NCBI GenBank assembly: GCA_030390025.1 | Contig: CM059432.1 | Span: 108,998,001 to 109,062,000, forward strand | Reading direction: 5' to 3' | Length of the DNA: 64,000 nt | Origin: Squalus acanthias | Taxonomy: Eukaryota | Shown: one piece after another, positions 1-8,200 of the stretch | Layout: the number at the start of each line of letters is the position of its first letter | How positions within the stretch are numbered: the stretch's first letter is position 1 | Made by a program: the position numbers and the translations under genes | The notes under the pieces: model-generated | Databases searched by the model: none | What the model saw: only the letters and a program-made list of their open reading frames with translations | What the model was told of the DNA's origin: nothing

Positions 1-1
1 C

Positions 2-787
2 GCGGTGCATTGCTGCATCCGGCAGGTCACAAATGCCCTCTTTAAAAGGAGACGAGAGTTCATCTCTTTCCCCATGACCCTAGACAAGCAGCGTGACCGC
101 GCTCTGGGCTTTGCGAGGATAGCGGGCTTCCCCATGGTGCAGGGCGCCATTGACTGCACGCATGTGGCTTTGCGTGCTCCACATGAGAATGCCGAGGAAT
201 ACCGGAACAGAAAGGGGTTCCATTCCTTGAATGTTCAGTTGGTCTGTGACCACAGACAGCTGATACTCGCTGTCAATGCCCACTATCCTGGCAGCTGCCA
301 CGATGCTTTCATCCTGCGCCAGACTACTGTGGCAGAACTTTTCGAGGCACCGCATCAGCCAGTTGGTTGGCTTCTCGGGGACAATGGGTATCCATTGAGC
401 ACCTGGCTGATGACACCACTCCGTACGCCCAACACCCCTGCTGAGCTGCGGTACAACGAGAGCCATCAAGCTACCAGGAACATCATTGAGCGCACAATCG
501 GCGTGCTGAAGCAACGGTTCCGCTGTCTCGACCATTCTGGAGGAGCCCTGCAGTACTCGCCTGAGCGAGTATCCAACTTCGTAGTTGTGTGCTGCATGTT
601 GCATAACATGGCAATCGTCAGGACCCAGCCAATGCCACCAGGCCTTGGAGCACCACCAGAGGAGGAGGAGGAAGAGGAGGAAGAGGACGAGGAGGATGAT
701 CATCAGCAGCACCAAGGCGGGAGGGCGGCCCACAATGGTGAAACTGCAAGGGCCGTCCGTCAACGGCTGATAGCAAGCCGCTTCTAG
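2..787 (+). CDS. Harbinger/HARBI1-like DDE transposase, 5'-partial
   Basis: The frame is open from the window edge to TAG at 785-787. Motifs: FPMVQGAIDCTH (D1), YRNRKGFHSLNVQLVCD, YPGSCHDAFIL, WLLGDNGYP (D2), YNESHQATRNIIERTIGVLKQRFRCL (E), VVVCCMLHN, then an acidic E/D tract. No stops or frameshifts in the visible part. Confidence 0.95.
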   Translation, partial: AVHCCIRQVTNALFKRRREFISFPMTLDKQRDRALGFARIAGFPMVQGAIDCTHVALRAPHENAEEYRNRKGFHSLNVQLVCDHRQLILAVNAHYPGSCHDAFILRQTTVAELFEAPHQPVGWLLGDNGYPLSTWLMTPLRTPNTPAELRYNESHQATRNIIERTIGVLKQRFRCLDHSGGALQYSPERVSNFVVVCCMLHNMAIVRTQPMPPGLGAPPEEEEEEEEEDEEDDHQQHQGGRAAHNGETARAVRQRLIASRF

Positions 788-916
788 GACCCCTGCTGTG
801 GAAATGGCTTCTGCCATTGCTAACAACATCAATGAACCCAGCACGCAACCCCTAAGCCGGCCAAGGCACCAATGATTCCAAACACCAAACATGCATATTT
901 TGAATACAAAAACTTA

Positions 917-972
917 TTTATTTTACAAACTCTGTGTGTGTCATTTCCTCATGACAAACTCATAGAAATAAA
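917..972. promoter_or_regulatory. Candidate opposed polyadenylation signals of the two convergent transposon genes
   Basis: TTTATT at 917-922 (AATAAA on -) and AATAAA at 967-972 on + (another at 1068-1073), in the AT-rich spacer between the two stop codons. Confidence 0.5.
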
Positions 973-1100
973 CACAAAAAAAACAGTCATTAACATAACT
1001 GGTTCTCACAACCTGGAGATAATGTCCAAAACACTAGACAAAAGTTGGACCACGAACCTCGGCCTTTAATAAAAAAATGACCAGCATTTTGTCACACCTC

Positions 1101-2077
1101 CTACTTTTTTCCCTTCGAGGGTGATCTCCTTCCCTTGCGCACTTCTCCCCTTCTAACCCTACTGCTCCTCCGTAATGGAACCTCAGTGGCTGCAGCAAGG
1201 CTGGTGGAAGGCTGCAGATTGTCAGACCCTGACACTGCAGATGCCCCTGAAGGACGGCCTCGACCAGTTCTGGGCCTGGAGGGCCCGGCTGCAGACTGCA
1301 CCAACTCTGCATGGGCGGCAGCAGTCTGTCCTACAGGCGGTGGCAAGTGCAGTGGAGAAGTGACAGTGTTGGCAGCAGGAATGCTGTCATCGTGAGAGAG
1401 GACAGCAACTCCCTGCTCGCCCGACACACTGGCACTCCCACGGGGCAGCACTTCAGCATCCGGAGCAATCTGCTGGAGCACAGATTGCTGGCCTGCTGCG
1501 GCGCGGTGAGAGCCCCGGGGACATGTGAACGAACCATCGAGGTTGGCAGCAGTCTGTGCTCGCGTGGCCTCAATCTGAGTCTGCATGAGAGCAGTCAGAG
1601 ATGGGATCACGGCAGTCAGTGACTGAATTGCAGCACTAAGCGTTAGTGTGGCATCCGCCTGTGCTACAGCGAAGTGCTCCACACTCCTTGCCAGTGACTC
1701 AATGCATTCGGGCACCCTTCCCACTGCACCCATGAGCTCAGTGTGCATGCCCACCGCCTCGGTGTTCATTTCTGCGATCAGCCGCTCCTCCAATGCATCC
1801 ATTGCAGTAGGAGTCGCTGGCATACTCTCCCTCTGGGGAGAAGGCCCCCGTTCTTCCCTACCCCCATGGCGTTGCTGCAGCCCGCTGGGTCCTGGAGCTT
1901 CACCCTCATCAGACCCTTCCCCCCTGCTCCCCTCCAGGGAAGGCGTGTTCCCAGTGTGGGCATGGGCTTCCTCAGGAGAGGGTGGCACTGATGCTCCGGC
2001 TTCCTCTTCCTCCTCGGCTGCAGCTTCACTCCCACTGGCAGCTTCAGGGCCCGTCTCCTCAGCTGGTGAATCACCAT
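1101..2077 (-). CDS. Harbinger Myb/SANT-like protein, coding exon 3 (acidic low-complexity region, predicted helical segment, basic C-terminus)
   Basis: Acceptor TCCCTGCTTTCAG|AT is phase-compatible with exon 2 and joins in frame with ORF 1101..1988. The basic tail RRSSRVRRGEVRKGRRSPSKGKK is NLS-like. Total spliced CDS is 237+163+977 = 1377 nt = 458 aa plus stop. Confidence 0.8.
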
Positions 2078-2236
2078 CTGAAAGCAGGGAGGTACAAGAG
2101 TGGCTTTAGCGTGAGGACAGGGGGGCAGTAAGGGAGGAATAAGTGCAGCGAGTTAGCAAGTTGGATTGAAAGTGTCAAAGGCTGGTGTTGTGAGGGACAA
2201 GTGGAAGGACAGAGGACAAAAAGGTGATGACCTTAC

Positions 2237-2399
2237 CATTGCTGTCCAGAACGGGGTCGGCGTCTCCAGTGGCGACGGGACCGATCACCCGGCTTGCCAC
2301 AATCCTGTGGACGCGCTCCTCAAGATCGCTGAGGGGTTGCAGCTGAGGCCGCCCTCCACCTGTCCGTTGCTGCTGTCTCCTATTATGCGCCAGCTTGGC
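2237..2399 (-). CDS. Harbinger Myb/SANT-like protein, coding exon 2
   Basis: Acceptor TTTTACTTGCAG|GCC, then AKLAHNRRQQQRTGGGRPQLQPLSDLEERV...; the TGGG motif typically follows this domain. Donor AATG|GTAAGG (phase 1). Confidence 0.85.
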
Positions 2400-2433
2400 C
2401 TGCAAGTAAAAGGACAGCATCTGAGTAAATATA

Positions 2434-2543
2434 CAGCCATGGTCTTGCCTGATGTGCCTCCCATAGGTGAATAGCCCTTACTGTATGCAGCCATGGTCTT
2501 GCCTGATGTGCCTCCCATAGGTGAATAGCCCTTACTGTATGCA
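2434..2543. repeat. 54-bp tandem duplication in intron 1 of the Myb/SANT-like gene
   Basis: CAGCCATGGTCTTGCCTGATGTGCCTCCCATAGGTGAATAGCCCTTACTGTATG occurs at 2434 and again at 2488; the copies appear identical. Confidence 0.95.
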
Positions 2544-2683
2544 AAGTGTGGAATGTGTGTGTGTGTTTCATGAAAGGGCCATAGATGTTGGATGAGTGTT
2601 GTGCATTGGGGTTTTAAGACCCTCTGGCCATAGAGTGAGATTGAGATGGAGGGATGGAGAGGTATTGAGAAAAAGCCACTCAC

Positions 2684-2920
2684 CCTGACGACCCGAGTGA
2701 GGTCGTTGAACTTTTTGCGGCATTGAACATGGGTCCTGGGCACCATGCTCCTGGAGGAGACGCTCTGAGCCACCTCCCTCCACACTCTTCTGTACTCGCG
2801 TGGCAAAGGCCTCCTGCCACTCTCAGGGAAGAGTATACATCTTCTGCGCTCCACCGCGCCAACCAGAGCATCCAAGGCCCGCTCGGTGAAGCGCTGAGCT
2901 CGTTCTCTCACCCTCTCCAT
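2684..2920 (-). CDS. Harbinger Myb/SANT-like DNA-binding protein, coding exon 1 (79 aa)
   Basis: ATG at 2920-2918 starts MERVRERAQRFTERALDALVGAVERRRCILF...VWREVAQSVSS...RTHVQCRKKFNDLTRVVR. This is the RF...L.....W..VA..V......R...QCRKKF.DL pattern of Myb/SANT-like (MSANTD/NAIF1-type) domains. It ends at donor AGG|GTGAGT (phase 0). Confidence 0.88.
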
Positions 2921-3202
2921 CCTTGACAGCAAAATGGATTCACAGGTCTCTCCAGGCCGAGATTCAAGGCTGCAATGAGCAGGGTGTGGCTGGGGAGCAA
3001 GTTGGCCCCCCTGCTTTAAGAACTGGCCGGCGCCAGTGTGTCTGTGTTCCCTCGCTAACTGGCAGCACCTGTGCTGCGCTCGCGCGCTGAGTTAGCGCCT
3101 CACTGCTCGGCCTTTGCTCCCTAAGACAGGTGTGCAGCGCCTGATTTAGCGCTCCACTCACCTCCCGGGGCGGTAAAAGTGAAGTTTCCAGTCAGTGGTG
3201 AT

Positions 3203-3280
3203 AATTAGCGCCAGGCGCTAATTTTTGCGTCCAGACGATATTTGCGCCCCAAACGGGGCGCGACCTAATTTTTCCCCCAG
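3203..3280. repeat. Harbinger right terminus: subterminal palindromes, putative TIR and CAG TSD
   Basis: AATTAGCGCC-A-GGCGCTAATT (3203-3223), GCGCCCC-AAAC-GGGGCGC (3244-3261), terminus TTTTTCCCC at 3277, CAG at 3278-3280. Confidence 0.7.
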
Positions 3281-3937
3281 GTGTGTCTTATTAGCACAGC
3301 ACCCACTTAGTGTCTGTTTGCACCCTTTCCCCAAAATAACCCCCTTAACGTCTCTAAAATGCACAAGTAAATAAATGTGCAACCATGCAGCTCGCTTTTA
3401 TTACTGCTTACAGAGATTTCTTACAATTGCTGAGAAAGTAACAAAGTTAATCTGATAAATTGTACACCGAGACATTACACATTAGAGCATTGTTGATTTG
3501 TAATGTGCATTGTGTGTACCATACACAGCCAGTGCACCATTTGTGCAACACACGTATACTGCGTGTATTACATTACATAGGATTGCTTAGGATATACAGC
3601 ACAGAAACAGGCCATTCAGCCCAACCAGTCCATGCTGGTGTTTATGCTCCACTCGAGTCTCCTCCCGTCTTTCATCATTTAACCCTATCAGCATAACCCT
3701 CTATTCCCTTCTCCCTCATATGCTTTTCTAACCGCCCCTTAAATGCATCTATACTATTCGCTTCAACCACTCCCGATGGGAGCGTGTTCCACATTCTCAC
3801 CACTCTCTGGGTAAAGAACTTTCTTCTAAATTCCCTATTTGATTTTTTGATGACTATCTTTTATTGATATACCTGTAGTTTTGCTCTTCCCCACAAGTGG
3901 AAACACTCTCTCCCTATTCACTTTATCAAAACCTTTT

Positions 3938-4484
3938 ATAAGAACATAAGCACTTAAGAAATAGGAGCAGGAGTAGGCCATTTGGCCCTTCGAGCCTGCT
4001 CCGCCATTCAATAAGATCATGGCTGATCTTCTACCTCATCTCCACTTTCCTGCACTATCCCCATATCCCTAGTTTCCCTTAATATCGAAAAATCTATCGA
4101 TCTCTGTCTTGAATATACTCAAATACTGAGCATCCACAGCCCTCTGGGGTAGAGAATTCCAAAGATTCACCACCCTCTGAGTGAAGAAATTTCTCCTCAT
4201 CTCAGTCCTAAATGGCCGACCCCTTATTCTGAGACGGTGACCCCTGGTTCTAGACTCCCCAGCCAGGGGAAACATCCTCTTTGCATCTACCCTGTCAAGC
4301 CCTGTAAGAATTTTGTATGTTTCAATGAGAATATAGGCCTAGCCTAATCAATCTGTCCTCAAAGGACAATACCCCATCCCAGGAACCAGTCTGGTGAACC
4401 TTCGTTTACTCCCTCTATGGCAAGTATATCCTTCCTTAGGTAAGGAGACCAAAACTGTACACAATACTCCAGGTGTGGTCTCAC
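3938..4484 (-). mobile_element. CR1-clade LINE 3' fragment (element B) nested in element A
   Basis: The 3' tail (ATAAGAACATAAGCACTTAAGAAATAGGAGCAGGAG on +) is followed by MFPLAGESRTRGHRLRIRGRPFRTEMRRNFFTQRVVNLWNSLPQ. It is 5'-truncated at VRPHLEY (GTGTGGTCTCAC, 4484), with an internal deletion near 4330 and frameshifts. Confidence 0.88.
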
Positions 4485-4865
4485 TGATTTTAAAGGCCTC
4501 TATTAGGTTACGCCTCAGCCTTCTCTTTTCAAGAGAAAAGAGACCCAGCCTGTTCATCCTTTCCTGACAGGTGTACCATTGCATTTCTGGTATCATCCTT
4601 GTAAATCTTCTCTGCACCCTCTCCAGTGCCTCTATATCCTTTTTATAATATGGCGACCAGAATTGGACACAGTACTCCAAGTGTGGTCTGAACAAGGTTC
4701 AATACAAGTTTAGCATAACTTCACTACTTTTCAATTCTATCCCTCTAGAAGTAAACCCTAGTGCCTGGTTTGCATTTTTAATGATGTGGAGATGCCGGTG
4801 TTGGACTGGGGTGGACAAATGTGAGAAGTTGCACAACACCAGGTTATAGTCCAACAGCTTTATTT

Positions 4866-4906
4866 GAAATCACAAACTTTCGGAGCACTGCTCCTTCATC
4901 AGGTGA
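4866..4906 (-). ncRNA. Second minimal hammerhead ribozyme motif (opposite strand, helix III mutated)
   Basis: The minus strand reads TCAC-CTGATGA-A-GGAGC-AGT-GCTCC-GAAA-GTTT-GTGA. Confidence 0.6.
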
Positions 4907-4950
4907 AGTCACCTGACGAAGGAGCAGCGCTCCGAAAGCTTGTGATTTCA
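4904..4950 (+). ncRNA. Minimal type I hammerhead ribozyme motif
   Basis: Helix I TGAAGTCAC / GTGATTTCA; core CTGACGA(A) at 4913-4920; helix II GGAGC-AGC-GCTCC; GAAA at 4934-4937; minimal palindromic helix III (AAGCTT); predicted NUH = CUU ending at 4941. Confidence 0.7.
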
Positions 4951-5239
4951 AATAAAGCTGTTGGACTATAACCTGGTGTTGTGCGACTTCTCACATTTGC
5001 ATTTTTATGGCCTTGTTGACCGGTGTCCGTAATTTTAATAATTTGTGTATTTGTACTCCTAGATCTCTTTGTTCCTCTACTATATGGGAGAGCAACAACC
5101 CTTACCCATTTAAGGAGATAGACAAATTAATTTCTGGGCCTTCATCAATAATACAATTTGACTAACTCGCAACTAGTGATTACTGTGCGACAATAGGCAT
5201 GCAAATCCTCCAACTAACAAAGTACAAAGGACATCAGTC

Positions 5240-8200
5240 ATGTACAGCACACAGACAGGATTCACAAACAGTTCACAATCAGGATTCACATACAGTTCAC
5301 AAACAGGCTTCACTTACAGTTCACAGACAGGATTCACATACAGTTCACAGACAGGATTCACATACAGTTCACAGACAGGATTCACATACAGTTCACAGAC
5401 AGGATTCACATACAGTTCACAGACAGGATTCACATACAGTTCACAGACAGGATTCACATACAGTTAACAGACAGGATTCACATACAGTCCACAGACAGGA
5501 TCCACAGACAGTTCACAGACAGGTTTTAGATACAGTTCACAGACAGGATTCACAGACAGTTCACAGACAGGATTCACACACAGTTCACAAACAGGCTTCA
5601 CTTACAGTTCACAGACAGGATTCACATACAGTTCACAGACAAGATACACATACAGTTCACAGACAGGATTCACATACAGTTCACAGACAGGATTCTCATA
5701 CAGTTCACAGACAGGATTCTCATACAGTTCACAGTCAGGATTCACAGACAGTTCACAGACATGATTCACATACAGTTCATAGACAAGATACACATACAGT
5801 TCACAGATATAATTTACAAACAGTCCACAGACAGGATCCACAGACAGTTCACAGACAGGTTTTAGATACAGTTCACAGACAGGATTCACATACAGTTCAC
5901 AGACAGGATTAACATACAGTTCACAGCCAGGATTCACAAACAGTTCACAGACTGGATTCACAAACAATTCACAGACAGGATTCACAGACAGTTCACAGAC
6001 AGGATTTACATTCAGTTCACAGACTTGATTCACAAACAATTCACAGACAGGATTCACATACAGTTCACAGACAGGATTCACATACAGTTCACAGACAGGA
6101 TTCACAAACAGTTCACAGACTGGATTCACAAACAATTCACAGACATAATTCACATACAGTTCACAGACAGGATTCCCATACAGTTCACAGACATAATTCA
6201 CATAAAGTCCACAGACAGGATTCACATACAGTTCACAGACAGGATTCACATACAGTTCACAGACAGGATTCACATACAGTTCACAGACATAATTCACAAA
6301 CAGTTCACAGACAGGATTCACAGATAGTTCACAGACATAATTCAAATACACCTCACAGACAGGAAACACATACAGTTCACAGAAAGGGATCACAAACAGT
6401 TCACAGACAGGGGTCACTTACAGTTCACAGACAGGATTCACAGACAGTTCACAGACAGGATTCACATACACTCCACAGACAGGATTCAAATACAGTCCAC
6501 AGACAGGATTCACTTACAGTTCACAGACAGGATTCACTTACAGTTCACAGACAGGGATCACATACAGTTCATAGACAGGGGTCATTTACAGTTCACAGAC
6601 AGGATTCACAGACAGTTCACAGACAGGATTCACATACAGTCCACAGACAGGATTCAAATACAGTCCACAGACAGGTTTCACATACAGTTCACAGACAGGA
6701 TTCACACACAGTTCACAAACAGGCTTCACTTACAGTTCACAGACAGGATTCACATACAGTTCACAGACAAGATACACATACAGTTCACAGACAGGATTCA
6801 CATACAGTTCACAGACAGGATTCACATACAGTTCACAGACAGGATTCACACACAGTTCACAGACAGGATTCTCATACAGTTCACAGACAGGATTCTCATA
6901 CAGTTCACAGTCAGGATTCACAGACAGTTCACAGACATGATTCACATACAGTTCATAGACAAGATACACATACAGTTCACAGATATAATTTACAAACAGT
7001 CCACAGACAGGATCCACAGACAGTTCATAGACAGGTTTTAGATACAGTTCACAGACAGGATTCACATACAGTTCACAGACAGGATTAACATACAGTTCAC
7101 AGCCAGGATTCACAAACAGTTCACAGACTGGATTCACAAACAATTCACAGACAGGATTCACAGACAGTTCACAGACAGGATTTACATTCAGTTCACAGAC
7201 TTGATTCACAAACAATTCACAGACAGGATTCACATACAGTTCACAGACAGGATTCACATACAGTTCACAGACAGGATTCACAAACAGTTCACAGACTGGA
7301 TTCACAAACAATTCACAGACATAATTCACATACAGTTCACAGACAGGATTCCCATACAGTTCACAGACATAATTCACATAAAGTCCACAGACAGGATTCA
7401 CATACAGTTCACAGACAGGATTCACATACAGTTCACAGACAGGATTCACATACAGTTCACAGACATAATTCACAAACAGTTCACAGACAGGATTCACAGA
7501 TAGTTCACAGACATAATTCAAATACACCTCACAGACAGGAAACACATACAGTTCACAGAAAGGGATCACAAACAGTTCACAGACAGGGGTCACTTACAGT
7601 TCACAGACAGGATTCACAGACAGTTCACAGACAGGATTCACATACACTCCACAGACAGGATTCAAATACAGTCCACAGACAGGATTCACTTACAGTTCAC
7701 AGACAGGATTCACTTACAGTTCACAGACAGGGATCACATACAGTTCATAGACAGGGGTCATTTACAGTTCACAGACAGGATTCACAGACAGTTCACAGAC
7801 AGGATTCACATACAGTCCACAGACAGGATTCAAATACAGTCCACAGACAGGTTTCACATACAGTTCACAGACAGGTTTCACATACATTTCACAGACAGGA
7901 TTCACATACAGTTCACAGACAGGATTCACATACAGTTCACAGACAGGATTCAGATACAGTTCACAGACAGAGTCACATACAGTTCACAGACAGGATTCAC
8001 ATGCATTTCACAGACAGGATTCACATACAGTTCACAGACAGGATTCACATACCGTTCACAGACTGGATTCACATTCCGTTCACAGACAGGATTCACATAC
8101 ATTTCACAGACAGGATTCACATTCCGTTCACAGACAGGATTCAGATACATTTCACAGACAGGATTCACATACAGTTCACAGACAGGATTCACATACAGTT

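Larger units (their letters stand above)
1..3277. mobile_element. Autonomous PIF/Harbinger DNA transposon, left end outside the window
   Basis: A Harbinger-type DDE transposase (+) and a Myb/SANT-like gene (-) lie tail to tail, the two-gene layout of this superfamily. The CpG-rich subterminal region with palindromes ends at ...CCTAATTTTTCCCC (3277), followed by CAG and a switch to AT-richer flank. The matching left TIR is not visible. Confidence 0.9.
4781..4999. mobile_element. Penelope-like retroelement remnant (inverted pseudo-LTR foldback) inserted in CR1 element A
   Basis: 91-bp inverted arms at 4816-4906 and 4909-4999 (4 mismatches, 2-nt spacer) plus a 35-bp one-sided tail (4781-4815). 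Flanked by direct repeat TTTGCATTTTTA (4769-4780 and 4996-5007). Each arm has a hammerhead core followed by AATAAA. Confidence 0.75.
3575..5080 (-). mobile_element. CR1-clade LINE 3' fragment (element A), degenerate, in three pieces: ~3575-3940, 4485-4780, ~5008-5080
   Basis: The minus strand encodes [34 protein letters not shown]...RLGLFSLEKRRLR..LIEAFKI, continuing across the insert as IKGFDKVNRERVFPLVGKSKT. This is the CR1 ORF2 C-terminus, followed by the 3' UTR. Confidence 0.88.

Noticed and set aside
80..892. 270-aa antisense ORF with a hydrophobic Leu-rich run
   Set aside because: It is the shadow of the transposase; the Leu run is the reverse complement of the GAG/GAA acidic tract.
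2285..2683. C-terminal half of ORF 2285..2932 as coding
   Set aside because: It is read-through past a strong GTGAGT donor into intron 1 (which holds the 54-bp duplication and a TG run) and then runs out of frame across exon 2. The spliced model restores the expected TGGG motif.
2..2920. Assigning host gene symbols HARBI1 or NAIF1/MSANTD
   Set aside because: The tight convergent pair and a transposon-like terminus favour a mobile element; orthology cannot be shown from this window.
2936..2945. GGATTCACAG upstream of the Myb/SANT ATG matches the satellite core, suggesting the satellite derives from or is bound by the transposon
   Set aside because: Only a ~10-bp match with no extension, compatible with chance. 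Proximity alone is not evidence of a functional link.
4816..4999. miRNA precursor, terminator or DNA-transposon MITE
   Set aside because: The asymmetric tail, 12-bp flanking repeat, hammerhead cores and poly(A) signals fit a Penelope-like inverted pseudo-LTR better.
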